The position numbers and the translations under genes were made by a program. The notes beneath the pieces are model-generated. The model was not told the origin of the DNA. It saw only the letters and a program-made list of their open reading frames with translations, and searched no databases. DNA of 64,000 nucleotides from a virus (Duplodnaviria > Caudoviricetes), in IMG/VR virus record IMGVR_UViG_3300031867_000013, positions 53,887 to 117,886 of that record. One strand, written 5' to 3'. The first letter of the stretch is position 1; every line of letters begins with the position of its first letter. Below are positions 17,764-27,621 of the stretch, piece by piece.

Positions 17764-18021
17764 TTATACTAATGAATTAAATTCTTCCACAAGTTTAGCT
17801 TTATATGCTTCAAGTATTTCTTTGATTCGATTATACATACGCTGTTCAATTTCTTGTACTTTATCATTAGCGTCAGATATTTCTGCTGAACATCTAATAA
17901 CATCATACATTCCTACACCAATAGTGATAGTATTATCCATTGAAATTCCTTCCAATAGATTGTTTACTGCATCAATCTTTTGCTGTAAACTATTAGCTTT
18001 ATTGAGTTTATCTTCTGTCAA
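17764..18021 (-). CDS. hypothetical protein
   Basis: AAAGGAG RBS, TTG start. Confidence 0.55.
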   Translation of the reverse strand: MTEDKLNKANSLQQKIDAVNNLLEGISMDNTITIGVGMYDVIRCSAEISDANDKVQEIEQRMYNRIKEILEAYKAKLVEEFNSLV

Positions 18022-18196
18022 TATATATCACTCCTTTATATTTTATTGTCTATATTTATTTACAGGTTTTTTATTATTATGTAACGATACACCAACATCA
18101 TATATTGCGTCTACTGCTATCACACAAGCGTATATAACAGTACCAATTAAACATATTACAGGCAAAACAAAGAGAAGGAAAATCAAAGCAACCATG

Positions 18197-18436
18197 TTAT
18201 GCTACCTCCTTATGATTGTATTCTTTATCATACATATCATAAAGACGTTTCAATGCTTTCATAAATGTTTCTTGCTTTGACACTTTTTGTCCTGCATTAT
18301 GGATATATGCTTTTCCGTTTTCAATATCAATAGTAAATTTTGTGTTTTCCTTAATATCGAGAATTTCGCAATAGGCTTTATTATTCCCTTTGTTCTCAAA
18401 ACCTAACCTAAAATTCCCGAACATGATACGCTTCAT
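18197..18436 (-). CDS. hypothetical protein
   Basis: AAGGAGATGTT RBS. Confidence 0.6.
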   Translation of the reverse strand: MKRIMFGNFRLGFENKGNNKAYCEILDIKENTKFTIDIENGKAYIHNAGQKVSKQETFMKALKRLYDMYDKEYNHKEVA

Positions 18437-18566
18437 AACAACATCTCCTTAATATTATTATGTGCTTTCCCCTACACACATATAACGAAATTCATCCTAC
18501 TTTCCTTAGAAGGGAAAGTATCGTTATCCTTTTATGCACTTATTATATCACGAAATTTTTAGTTTG

Positions 18567-18983
18567 TCAAGAAAAATATGTTTCCCTGTCATAATCCTGC
18601 CATCCCATACTTTCCTGCAATTCTTCCAATGCTTCAATCAAATCTTTTGTTGTCATACCATCTTCCCAAACATTCCAAATCAAATCACAAGTAACTTCAA
18701 TAGTAACAATGACTTGAAACGCTTCGGGCGAAGAAAAAGGATTCAATGCTTCTCCTGTTTCACGTTGATATTCTTCTACTACTTCATCCAAATCATCAAA
18801 ATGGTTTTTAATCCATTCTTTTGATTTCCATGTATTACAAGTAATACTACCATTTATGTTTTCTGTTTCCCATAAGGTAAAAGCAACATCTCTAGGATTG
18901 TCCTCAATTTCAGTATCACTAGAAACATAGTCATTAAGTTTGCTCAAAATATCCTGCAAAATTTCAGCTTTCAAAGTGTTCAT
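18567..18983 (-). CDS. highly acidic early protein (DNA-mimic candidate)
   Basis: about 32 D/E versus about 9 K/R in 138 aa; own consensus promoter. Confidence 0.6.
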   Translation of the reverse strand: MNTLKAEILQDILSKLNDYVSSDTEIEDNPRDVAFTLWETENINGSITCNTWKSKEWIKNHFDDLDEVVEEYQRETGEALNPFSSPEAFQVIVTIEVTCDLIWNVWEDGMTTKDLIEALEELQESMGWQDYDRETYFS

Positions 18984-19039
18984 ATTTATCTCTCCTTTTC
19001 AATTTTGTAAACACATTATAACAGAGAATTTATTATTTG

Positions 19040-19309
19040 TCAAGACAAATTTTCGCTTCTTATAAAATTATAGTTTTCAAAATATCTCTTTTCTTTAGGA
19101 TAAACTGCAATACAATTTCCATTTCCTTTATCCATAGCCTTTTCTATTGCTAAAATATAAGCATTTATATCCAATAAAAAACCTGCAATTTCATTATTAT
19201 TTAAATCAAATACTCCATAATATAGGCTTTCTTTTTTACTTATAACTTGTTTTACATAATATACTTCTTTATTGTTTGCATATACACTTAAAAGTTTATC
19301 TTTCATGTA
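19040..19309 (-). CDS. hypothetical protein
   Basis: GGAGATGTT RBS before MKDKLL. Confidence 0.5.
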   Translation of the reverse strand, partial: YMKDKLLSVYANNKEVYYVKQVISKKESLYYGVFDLNNNEIAGFLLDINAYILAIEKAMDKGNGNCIAVYPKEKRYFENYNFIRSENLS

Positions 19310-19331
19310 AAACATCTCCATATATTTATTT

Positions 19332-19586
19332 TTACAATATATCACCAAATCTATTGATAATAAATACTTTATTTCTTCCAACTTGAATACATGATAATCC
19401 ACAACTATAATCTTTTTCGCTAAAAATATAATTTATATCTGTTATTCTTTTATTATTGATTTTAATTCCACCCCTTGACAATAGCATATAGGTTTCTCCC
19501 ATGCCCGTTGTTAAGTGGTTTCCATCTGTAGTAATTTCATGACATAAAATCTCGTCAAGACGTTTTCCTATAAGTCTATTGTTCAT
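19332..19586 (-). CDS. stand-alone S4-like RNA-binding domain (TyrRS C-terminal type)
   Basis: RLDEIL...LLSRGGIKINNKRITD...IQVGRNK resembles the S4 domain of tyrosyl-tRNA synthetase. Confidence 0.55.
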   Translation of the reverse strand: MNNRLIGKRLDEILCHEITTDGNHLTTGMGETYMLLSRGGIKINNKRITDINYIFSEKDYSCGLSCIQVGRNKVFIINRFGDIL

Positions 19587-19678
19587 ATAAAACATCTCCT
19601 TCAAATAAAAATGTGGTATAACGCTCCTTTAATTTGTCTGCATTATACCACATGATTTCTTTTTTGTCAACACACAAA

Positions 19679-20194
19679 TTATTTAATTGTAATAAAATAT
19701 AATAGAAGTTTTTTAGCAATCCGTGAAGTGATTTTTCCTGTCAGTACCATATTTATCAGCTTTCCCGATATATTTTTATATTTTCTATTCTGATAATTGT
19801 AATACAAAGCATATAAAAAGCTAACTATTTCATTATCTTCTATTTCTTTTATAATAGAAATATCATCATAGAATATATTTGCTTTATCTTTAATAGATAA
19901 TATATTCCTTGACATATCAATCATTTTTGACTTTATATATTTATATACGGAAGTCTTTTTGTCTATGTTTTCTATAATACAATATATTTCCTTATCTTGT
20001 GCTTTATGCTCCAATAATATACAATCTTCTTTGTCTTTTAATTCTTTAGGATTATAAATAAAATATACTATATCATTATTATTTGTATCAAATAATCCAA
20101 TAGGTTTATTTATATATTCTATAATGTCTACATATGTGCCTATATTATATTGTGCTTGAATGTCTTTAATATCTCCACATATATAATGTACCAT
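19679..20194 (-). CDS. putative clamp-loader delta-like subunit
   Basis: adjacent to delta-prime and gamma genes; GLF...IDKKTSVYK resembles the HolA N-terminus. Confidence 0.35.
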   Translation of the reverse strand: MVHYICGDIKDIQAQYNIGTYVDIIEYINKPIGLFDTNNNDIVYFIYNPKELKDKEDCILLEHKAQDKEIYCIIENIDKKTSVYKYIKSKMIDMSRNILSIKDKANIFYDDISIIKEIEDNEIVSFLYALYYNYQNRKYKNISGKLINMVLTGKITSRIAKKLLLYFITIK

Positions 20195-20719
20195 TTATAA
20201 TACTTCCTTTAACCTATATTTTAATTCATCTTGAAGAATATTATTTGTACTTAATTGAATGTCTTTTATAATGTCATTTATTTTTAATAAAGCATTATAA
20301 TGTTTTGTATCTTTCATCAATGTCTCGCATAAAGCACATAAAAATCCTATTGTAATTTCTTTTGGAACAATCTTTTTTTGCATAAATGCCGCTATTTCTT
20401 CCGAATAAATAGGTAGAATACGTTTTGTATTGCACCTTGATATGATTGCTTGCTTTATGTCGTGTTTGTCGCTTACAAGAATTATACAGAGGTCACTTTT
20501 TTCCAAAATTGGCAAAAGTGCGTCAAAAATAGGTACTTTAGAAACATCACACATAAATACTACACCATGTATATGTTCTTTAGCTAATTCCACAAGTGTA
20601 TCTACACCTTTTCTATCTCCATTAAAACTATAAAAATCTATTTGTAATTCTTTAGCTTTATTTTTAGCATATTGATATATTGTATCATAATCATCTGTAA
20701 TGTACAATTCTGATTGCAT
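20195..20719 (-). CDS. putative clamp-loader delta-prime-like subunit
   Basis: DALLPILEK...ILVS...AIISRC (SRC motif), no Walker A. Confidence 0.55.
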   Translation of the reverse strand: MQSELYITDDYDTIYQYAKNKAKELQIDFYSFNGDRKGVDTLVELAKEHIHGVVFMCDVSKVPIFDALLPILEKSDLCIILVSDKHDIKQAIISRCNTKRILPIYSEEIAAFMQKKIVPKEITIGFLCALCETLMKDTKHYNALLKINDIIKDIQLSTNNILQDELKYRLKEVL

Positions 20720-20722
20720 ATA

Positions 20723-21247
20723 TTATTCACCCACTGTTGGTTCTTCTATTGGTTCTTCTATTGGTTCTGATGGCTCTACAGGCTCACTTGGTTCTATAGG
20801 TTCTTCGGGTTCTACAGGATTACTTGGTTCTATATATTCTCTAATATATCTCCATACTTTATTTTCTTCATCATACTTATATATAAGTATAGCGGCTATA
20901 CGTTCCCATGTTGGTTCTAAATGATAATTTATAAGCCAAGATGTTAATGCTTTCTTGTATTCACTCAAAGCATAAGAAAAATAATTATAAGCATCACTAT
21001 CAATATATTTAAGATAATCTTTTGCTTCTTCTCCATATGTTTCTTTTGTATGCTTTTTAATAAGTTCTAATATATCTGCTTCGCATAAAGGATTTATAAT
21101 ACTCTTTGCATCTATATGTATGGTACGATACACCTTAAATTCATCTGTAATGTTATTTGCTATCATATATTGTATCATATCATTTACTGCTTCTTGTAAT
21201 GTATTATATCTTTGTGTTACATAATCATTGTATTCTGCATAGTACAT
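20723..21247 (-). CDS. hypothetical protein with C-terminal Glu-Pro repeats
   Basis: EPSNPVEPEEPIEPSEPVEPSEPIEEPIEEP. Confidence 0.6.
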   Translation of the reverse strand: MYYAEYNDYVTQRYNTLQEAVNDMIQYMIANNITDEFKVYRTIHIDAKSIINPLCEADILELIKKHTKETYGEEAKDYLKYIDSDAYNYFSYALSEYKKALTSWLINYHLEPTWERIAAILIYKYDEENKVWRYIREYIEPSNPVEPEEPIEPSEPVEPSEPIEEPIEEPTVGE

Positions 21248-21251
21248 ACTA

Positions 21252-22259
21252 TCACGCTCCTATAATTTTTAATATAGTTGCAATAAATAGCTGTCTGATA
21301 ATAGGGCTGTTCTTACCTTCATATTGCAAGTTTAATAATTCATCTCTTAATGTTGTTATAATGTCCTTATCTTCCTTTGTAAATCCTTTTAATTCTCCTT
21401 CGCAAGCAGAAGGAATATCAATTAAATCTAAATTTTGTACATTGAAATATATAGAAACATCAATAATAAAACTAAAAAAGTCTTGAATGTATGATTCATC
21501 TATTGTCTTTGTACTGTCTATAATTCTTTTTGTATCTTTGTCGCAAATAGCATACAATAAATTGAAATAACTATCATATGTCCCACAACCAAAGTATTTA
21601 TATGTAGCTTCTTCTGTTAGGTTTCCATTGTTGATTACATCTAAATATGTAATTGCTTGACGCATACCACCCTTTGCGGCTTTTACAATTCTATGTAATG
21701 CATTTGCTTCATATTTAATATTCTCTTGTTCACAAATATATTTAAGTCTATTATAGATTCCTTCATAAGAAATAGGTGCAAACATATAAGTTTCACATCT
21801 ACTCTTAATTGTATCTATAATTTTATCTCCTTCTGTAGTACACAATATAAATATACAATGTTTAGGAGGTTCTTCTAATGTCTTTAATAATACTTGTGCC
21901 GCCATACTATCTTTTCTTGACATAGCGGCTTGTACTTCATCAAGTATAACTACATAATAATCATACCCAATAGGTTTATTAGAAATATTATCAATAAGAT
22001 TTCTCATATCTTCTGCTGTACCATGACTTGCCATGTCAAGTTCTAATACATAAGCATTTAATGAATGTGCAAATATACGGGAAATTGTGGTTTTGGAAAT
22101 ACCAGCTTGTCCTATAAATAAATAAGCATTTTTTAATTTGTTTTCTTTTATTTCTTCCTGTAGCTTATTCTTTACTTCATCTTGCTCTACTATATCTTCA
22201 AATGTATTAGGTCTATATTTCTGTGCTAATGTCACCAAAAACATCTCCTTATTGTCCAT
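21252..22259 (-). CDS. dnaX: clamp loader gamma/tau subunit
   Basis: LAQKYRP.TFEDIV.Q, GQAGISKTT, ILDEV, LLKTLEEPP, TIKSRC, GGMRQA. Confidence 0.9.
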   Translation of the reverse strand: MDNKEMFLVTLAQKYRPNTFEDIVEQDEVKNKLQEEIKENKLKNAYLFIGQAGISKTTISRIFAHSLNAYVLELDMASHGTAEDMRNLIDNISNKPIGYDYYVVILDEVQAAMSRKDSMAAQVLLKTLEEPPKHCIFILCTTEGDKIIDTIKSRCETYMFAPISYEGIYNRLKYICEQENIKYEANALHRIVKAAKGGMRQAITYLDVINNGNLTEEATYKYFGCGTYDSYFNLLYAICDKDTKRIIDSTKTIDESYIQDFFSFIIDVSIYFNVQNLDLIDIPSACEGELKGFTKEDKDIITTLRDELLNLQYEGKNSPIIRQLFIATILKIIGA

Positions 22260-22374
22260 AGATATTGTACATAAAAGTATATAGCCGCATAATTCGCGGC
22301 TAATATCATTAAAATATATTCAAACATTGTTTATCACACCTTATGTTTTCATTTGTATTTCTCCTTATTATACA

Positions 22375-24582
22375 CTATTTTTCTTGATATGTCAAGTTTA
22401 ACGTGTCAATATGTTCACATATAGCTATATATGCCTCTTCTATTGTGTCACGGTCATATACTTGTTCATATCTCTTTTCAAACTTATACTTATCGGGCTT
22501 TTTAATTTCATGGTTTCCTGCTTTTTGTTTAATTGTAGTATAATAATCTTTTTGTGTCCTAATGAACTTTAATTTCTCAAACTCATAGGTTTTTAACTTA
22601 AACATATGATTATTTTTATCTACAGTGACAAAACCTTCAAAACCAATATGAGATTTAAGTGTATCAATATCATCTGTAAAAAAGTCTATTGTCTCATATT
22701 TGCACACATATTCTTTTACTTGTACACCATTAAAAAATGTTTGTGCAATATGATTTAATACAGAATATCGTTCATTACTATATTCAATAGTATTATGCAC
22801 AACTTCAAGAAGAATACACATATCTTCTTTATATTTAATTAAATGTTCATCTTCTTTTGGTGCAATACATTCAAATACTAATGAAAAATTATATTCTTTA
22901 AGATGCCTTTTTAATTCTTGTTCATCTTTAATTAAAGGTCTAATTTTACTCTCAAAAAGATTAGCATAATCTCCATAAGGTGCAATAGTAGATTTAGAAC
23001 AGAAAACAAGATTATCTGTTTCTTCATCATATCCTATAATACCCAAAAATCCATCGTATTTTTTGTATAAACTTATTGGTGCTTCAAATTTATCTATTGT
23101 AGAACATTCATGTTGTCCTAAATTAAAAAATTTATTATATGAACGTGCTACAATTTTATTTGTATGTGTATTGATAAATAGTCCTCTTGCACGAACGTCA
23201 ATACCGTCCCAAATATCATCATAAAATGCTTCTTTGGTGAAATTAAAAGAACTAATATGTCCAAATTCATGCTCATTAACATATTTACTATGTCGCATAG
23301 CACCTACCATAGTTTCTACACTATCAATAGGAAATCTATGAGGATATTTTGCTATAGCATGATATAATCCTTCTTTACTGAAAACTTTATTATATTCATA
23401 TATTTCTTCCATAGCAATAGTATTTTCATATTTATACATTTTTAATGCTTTTAATGTACCACCATATTCGGGAAAACCACATACATTATAACACATATCA
23501 TTAATCTTAATAGGTACATCATTATTATTTCTATGCCCAAAGATTTGAATTTCATCTATATGTGCAAGTTTATTATGTGTTCTATAGAATCCACATACTT
23601 TATCCATTTCTTCATAAGTACCTATTCCTTTGGTAAAATATACTTCGGGTGTCATAATATTAATATTACTGTTAGATACTCCTGCATGAGACACCAATAC
23701 ATAATTTTCATTATAATAAAATCTTACACAAGGAATAAGTTTCTTACAAAATGATTCTATATCTTTATCAGTAATATTATTATCATGAAATTGTTTTAAT
23801 GTTTCATTACCAAATCTGCTTCTTGATACATCTTTTCCCCAAATATAATCAAACATACGAAGTTCATGGTTTCCAATACAACAAAATACATTAGGATTAT
23901 CCATAATACTATATATTTTATTAAATACTTCTACATTTTGTATTCCACGGTCAAAATAATCTCCAACAAATATTACTGCATCTGTATTCATATTTACACG
24001 ATTGATAATATTTTTTAATGGCTCATAGCAACCATGAATGTCACCAATAATCCATATATTTTCATATTTATTAAAATCAATAGGATTATATTTAGAATAC
24101 ACATCATTTATAAATTCATCAGAATTTATTTGTCGAATACTATTAGGCAATTCTTCTTTCTTATGTGCCATTTCTTTTATTACTTCGGGAGAAACATAAG
24201 AATATGTATTTATGCGCTTTTTATTATTTTCTAAACAAGTAGGAATATCTGCATTAAAATTAACCACACAAAATTTATAGAAATACTTTTTGCATAGTTT
24301 TCTATATTCAAGAATATGGTCTTTATGCATATGTGTAGCATCTACAATAGTAAATTCTCCACGTTCCATACGATATTCTAAATCTTCTTTTAGCCGTTTC
24401 CATGCTCTGCCCGAAACATCTTGTGGAATAGATAAATGCCCCTCTGTATCATAAATAATAGAACCACAAATAAGCCTATACTTATCAGAAGATAATGTAT
24501 AAGCATTAAGATATTTATATTGTTCTATAAAATAGCTTTTTCCTGCTCCACTTAATCCGCACAAAACATAAAGGTATCTCAT
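22375..24582 (-). CDS. polynucleotide kinase / metallophosphoesterase / Rnl1-type RNA ligase fusion (PNKP-like)
   Basis: GLSGAGKS kinase; GDIHG, GDYFDRG, GNHE, SHAG and FGH phosphoesterase; ARGLF...KFFN...KYDG ligase. Confidence 0.85.
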   Translation of the reverse strand: MRYLYVLCGLSGAGKSYFIEQYKYLNAYTLSSDKYRLICGSIIYDTEGHLSIPQDVSGRAWKRLKEDLEYRMERGEFTIVDATHMHKDHILEYRKLCKKYFYKFCVVNFNADIPTCLENNKKRINTYSYVSPEVIKEMAHKKEELPNSIRQINSDEFINDVYSKYNPIDFNKYENIWIIGDIHGCYEPLKNIINRVNMNTDAVIFVGDYFDRGIQNVEVFNKIYSIMDNPNVFCCIGNHELRMFDYIWGKDVSRSRFGNETLKQFHDNNITDKDIESFCKKLIPCVRFYYNENYVLVSHAGVSNSNINIMTPEVYFTKGIGTYEEMDKVCGFYRTHNKLAHIDEIQIFGHRNNNDVPIKINDMCYNVCGFPEYGGTLKALKMYKYENTIAMEEIYEYNKVFSKEGLYHAIAKYPHRFPIDSVETMVGAMRHSKYVNEHEFGHISSFNFTKEAFYDDIWDGIDVRARGLFINTHTNKIVARSYNKFFNLGQHECSTIDKFEAPISLYKKYDGFLGIIGYDEETDNLVFCSKSTIAPYGDYANLFESKIRPLIKDEQELKRHLKEYNFSLVFECIAPKEDEHLIKYKEDMCILLEVVHNTIEYSNERYSVLNHIAQTFFNGVQVKEYVCKYETIDFFTDDIDTLKSHIGFEGFVTVDKNNHMFKLKTYEFEKLKFIRTQKDYYTTIKQKAGNHEIKKPDKYKFEKRYEQVYDRDTIEEAYIAICEHIDTLNLTYQEK

Positions 24583-24845
24583 ATTGTATCTCCTTCAAAA
24601 CCATCTAATCTTATTTTCTTAATAATATCTACTGATTGTTCTCTATGATATACATCACTAAATTTTTGTGCTAATTCTTCTTGTGCTTTATCTATAGAAT
24701 CAATTATATGTTGTGGAAATTCTTTACCGTATTGTTTAATCAAATGTTCTTTTGTAGACGTAAATAATGCCGCAATAAGAGAAACATATTCATCTTGTGT
24801 TAGTTCTAATGTATATGTAGGTGTCATATGAGTATGTACATTCAT
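24579..24845 (-). CDS. hypothetical protein (PTYTLEL paralog family)
   Basis: start at MNVHTH after AAAGGAG. Confidence 0.6.
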   Translation of the reverse strand: MNVHTHMTPTYTLELTQDEYVSLIAALFTSTKEHLIKQYGKEFPQHIIDSIDKAQEELAQKFSDVYHREQSVDIIKKIRLDGFEGDTI

Positions 24846-25034
24846 TGTTATATCTCCTTTAATTAATCTTATACAAACTTGTATCAATACTATAATTCTT
24901 TGTATACATAATGGCTTCTTTAATAATAAAAATAAAGTTCATAGCTTTTTCTCCTTTTTCTTTTAAGTATAGCACACAAAAAGTTATGTGTCAATCTTTT
25001 TCTGTTAAAATTGTCTTTCTTATGGCGTTCCAAT

Positions 25035-25754
25035 CTAATTTTTTACAAGTGTTGATAGCGTTTTTTCAATACTCCACCTATATAAAAATAATCTTGATTT
25101 TAACGTATTATAATTTATTCCTAATTTTTCCGACCACTGTTTTAAATTATGTGTTTCTCCATTATAAGTTAATAATTTATTGTTTCTTTTATTATTACAT
25201 TGTTCTTTTCTTGTTGCCCAACGACAATTTTCTTTACAATAGTCTCCATTAACATCTATACGGTCAATAGAAGTATCTTTACCATATTTATCAATATGCT
25301 CTAAATAACTTTCATACATATCATTCTTAAAATCTTCATAGGTTTCCCATAAACATTTTATTCCTCTACCACCATAATCTTTATATCTTTTATCTTTACT
25401 ATTATTACATCTGTTTTTAATATTCATATATAGTCTATAAAATTTAGTTTTTGTGTCTCCATGTTTAATTTTACTTTCTATAATTTTCTTTCCTTTTTGA
25501 CAACCACAAGACGTTGTATGTCCTTCTGCTTTAAGATTACTCATATGAACTTTAACAATTTTACCACAACCATGACATTTACATACACAAATATGCCTAT
25601 GTTGAGATTTTGTATAATCCATATAATCATATAAAACTTCTAAAAATCCTACTTTTAAACCTTTCAAACTATTAAATTGATTCTTTTTTCTTTCTTCTAT
25701 GTTTATATTCATATATCCACTTCCTGTAATATAAATTTTTTTATTCTTTTCCAA
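25035..25754 (-). CDS. HNH-family homing endonuclease-like protein
   Basis: CxC.CG...TSCGC, YGGRGIK, SIDRIDVNGDYCKENCRWAT. Confidence 0.8.
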   Translation of the reverse strand: MEKNKKIYITGSGYMNINIEERKKNQFNSLKGLKVGFLEVLYDYMDYTKSQHRHICVCKCHGCGKIVKVHMSNLKAEGHTTSCGCQKGKKIIESKIKHGDTKTKFYRLYMNIKNRCNNSKDKRYKDYGGRGIKCLWETYEDFKNDMYESYLEHIDKYGKDTSIDRIDVNGDYCKENCRWATRKEQCNNKRNNKLLTYNGETHNLKQWSEKLGINYNTLKSRLFLYRWSIEKTLSTLVKN

Positions 25755-26107
25755 TCTAATTTATGTGGGTGTATTCCATATGCTTTATCGTCTATATATA
25801 AACTTGTACTAATTTTAGTAGATATTTGTGCATCTGGATGGTCTTTTAACCATGCTTGATTTATTTCATCTGTATTTTTATTTACAGCATCAAATTCTAA
25901 ACCATATTTCTTTAATTCATCTACAACAATATCAACATCAATTCCACTTCTACAAGTCCATAAAATGCATACTCCACCTTTAGCCTTATATTCATTCAAT
26001 ACTTTTATAGGGTACTTAAATACTTTAGTAATTTTAGGATAATCCCTATGACTACTATATCCTAATGTACCATCAAAATCTACTGCTATACTTGGGTATT
26101 TTAACAT
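25709..26107 (-). CDS. HAD-family phosphatase
   Basis: IAVDFDGT, ILWTCR, YIDDKA. Confidence 0.8.
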   Translation of the reverse strand: MLKYPSIAVDFDGTLGYSSHRDYPKITKVFKYPIKVLNEYKAKGGVCILWTCRSGIDVDIVVDELKKYGLEFDAVNKNTDEINQAWLKDHPDAQISTKISTSLYIDDKAYGIHPHKLDWKRIKKFILQEVDI

Positions 26108-26163
26108 ATATAAATCTCCTTATTAGTAATAATGGGACAACATAAAGCTGTCCCATTTATATA

Positions 26164-26619
26164 TTATTCTACTTCCATTGTTTTAGGATTATATTGCACT
26201 ACAATAGGATTATTATTTGTCAGCACAAACTTTGCATCTACTTCTTTCCCGTATAACTTTTCTGCAATTTTATGTGCTGTATGCATATAAACATTATCAA
26301 GTCTATGTGCAAGTTCACGCATAATATCATTTTTAAGTACAATAAAACTACGATTTAGGCGATTCCTTGCAATTTCCATTCCCTTTTCTTCTTCCCATGT
26401 ATCTTCCTTGTGGCAACGTGCAATACCACATAAAATAAATCGTCCTTGCTTTTCATATTTATCAAGAATCTTATCAATGTCAATATCAATATTTACAATG
26501 CTATTGCAGTCAATAATCTTATTTAGCATACGGTCAAGAGAATCCCTTACGTCTAGTTCTCCATTAGTATACATAGCTGTGACTACAAGACGATTTTTAT
26601 CAATTCCATACTTTACCAT
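26164..26619 (-). CDS. conserved phage protein (GIARCHxED motif)
   Basis: GIARCHKEDTWEEEKGMEIARNR. Confidence 0.6.
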   Translation of the reverse strand: MVKYGIDKNRLVVTAMYTNGELDVRDSLDRMLNKIIDCNSIVNIDIDIDKILDKYEKQGRFILCGIARCHKEDTWEEEKGMEIARNRLNRSFIVLKNDIMRELAHRLDNVYMHTAHKIAEKLYGKEVDAKFVLTNNNPIVVQYNPKTMEVE

Positions 26620-26682
26620 AAATGTTTCCTCTTTTCTGTGTAATATTTATAATGTTTCTTATATAAGTTTTATATTACACAT

Positions 26683-27039
26683 TCATAAGCAATCACCTTC
26701 CATATATTCTAAAAGTTTCTTAAATAGTTTTTCATCTATAACATAGTAGTTAGGTGAATTTGGTGCAAATTGAAAAGCTAATGCACAATATGGTTTACCT
26801 AACTGCATACGTTCTAAATTATTTTTTATTATCCATTCTTTCTTTATACTGAAAGATTCTTTAGGCTTCATAGTTGTTTTTGCTTCTATCAAAAAATCAT
26901 TAGTAGTAATGTCACCGCAATTAAATCGTGATGCACCAGAATTACTTGTAGTTTTACCACTTATAGATTTAGCTATATTATTCTCTTGTACTGCGCTAAA
27001 ATAACGTGTAGCACTATGATTCTTTGGTACTTTAGACAT
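26683..27039 (-). CDS. Hjc-like PD-(D/E)XK nuclease / resolvase
   Basis: QE..IAK...SGA...GD...LIEAK. Confidence 0.65.
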   Translation of the reverse strand: MSKVPKNHSATRYFSAVQENNIAKSISGKTTSNSGASRFNCGDITTNDFLIEAKTTMKPKESFSIKKEWIIKNNLERMQLGKPYCALAFQFAPNSPNYYVIDEKLFKKLLEYMEGDCL

Positions 27040-27044
27040 ATATA

Positions 27045-27317
27045 TCAATCCTTACTATGTTCAATTACCTTTGTATATATTTCATCTAATGAATTATCAA
27101 CATTTAATGTATTACTCAATGATAACCTCATGTTACTATACATATTTTGTGCTACATCATCAAAAGACTTTGCCATATCTATAGAATCACTATATTCTAA
27201 ACATAATGTTTCATAGTCTAATTTTTTAGTTTTACCCAATGCGTGTATTAAAATTGCTATTTCCGTTTCAGTTAAATCTAAAGTATAAATTGGTGTATTC
27301 TTAACTTTAATATTCAT
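27045..27317 (-). CDS. hypothetical protein (PTYTLEL paralog family)
   Basis: AGGAGG RBS. Confidence 0.6.
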   Translation of the reverse strand: MNIKVKNTPIYTLDLTETEIAILIHALGKTKKLDYETLCLEYSDSIDMAKSFDDVAQNMYSNMRLSLSNTLNVDNSLDEIYTKVIEHSKD

Positions 27318-27333
27318 TATTATTCCTCCTAAT

Positions 27334-27621
27334 TTAATCCTTATATGATTTCTTATATTGTTCTGCTAACCAATTTTCACTCGTAAAATATTCACCACTA
27401 GGAGGATTAACTTTATTTTCAATATAATCATCCATATCTTCATATACATTATAAGAAACAATTTTTAGATGCCCTGTTTGTTCATCTGTAAGTCCATGCT
27501 CTTGCTGATAATCTTCCCAATCATCATTCGACCTAGTACCAATAGCTTCTAATAACACTAAAAATTCTTCTTGTGATAATTCTAAAGTATAAGTAGGATT
27601 ATTATTTACATTAATTTTCAT
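27334..27621 (-). CDS. hypothetical protein (PTYTLEL paralog family)
   Basis: 4-bp overlap with the upstream gene. Confidence 0.6.
   Translation of the reverse strand: MKINVNNNPTYTLELSQEEFLVLLEAIGTRSNDDWEDYQQEHGLTDEQTGHLKIVSYNVYEDMDDYIENKVNPPSGEYFTSENWLAEQYKKSYKD

Larger units (their letters stand above)
11797..19670 (-). promoter_or_regulatory. series of consensus sigmaA early promoters
   Basis: TTGACA-17-TAnnnT, mostly with extended -10 TG, at 11797-11825, 12471-12499, 14296-14324, 14619-14647, 15405-15433, 15796-15824, 15893-15921, 16283-16311, 16815-16843, 17332-17360, 18542-18570, 19015-19043 and 19642-19670; shared AAGGAGATG(T) RBS. Confidence 0.85.
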
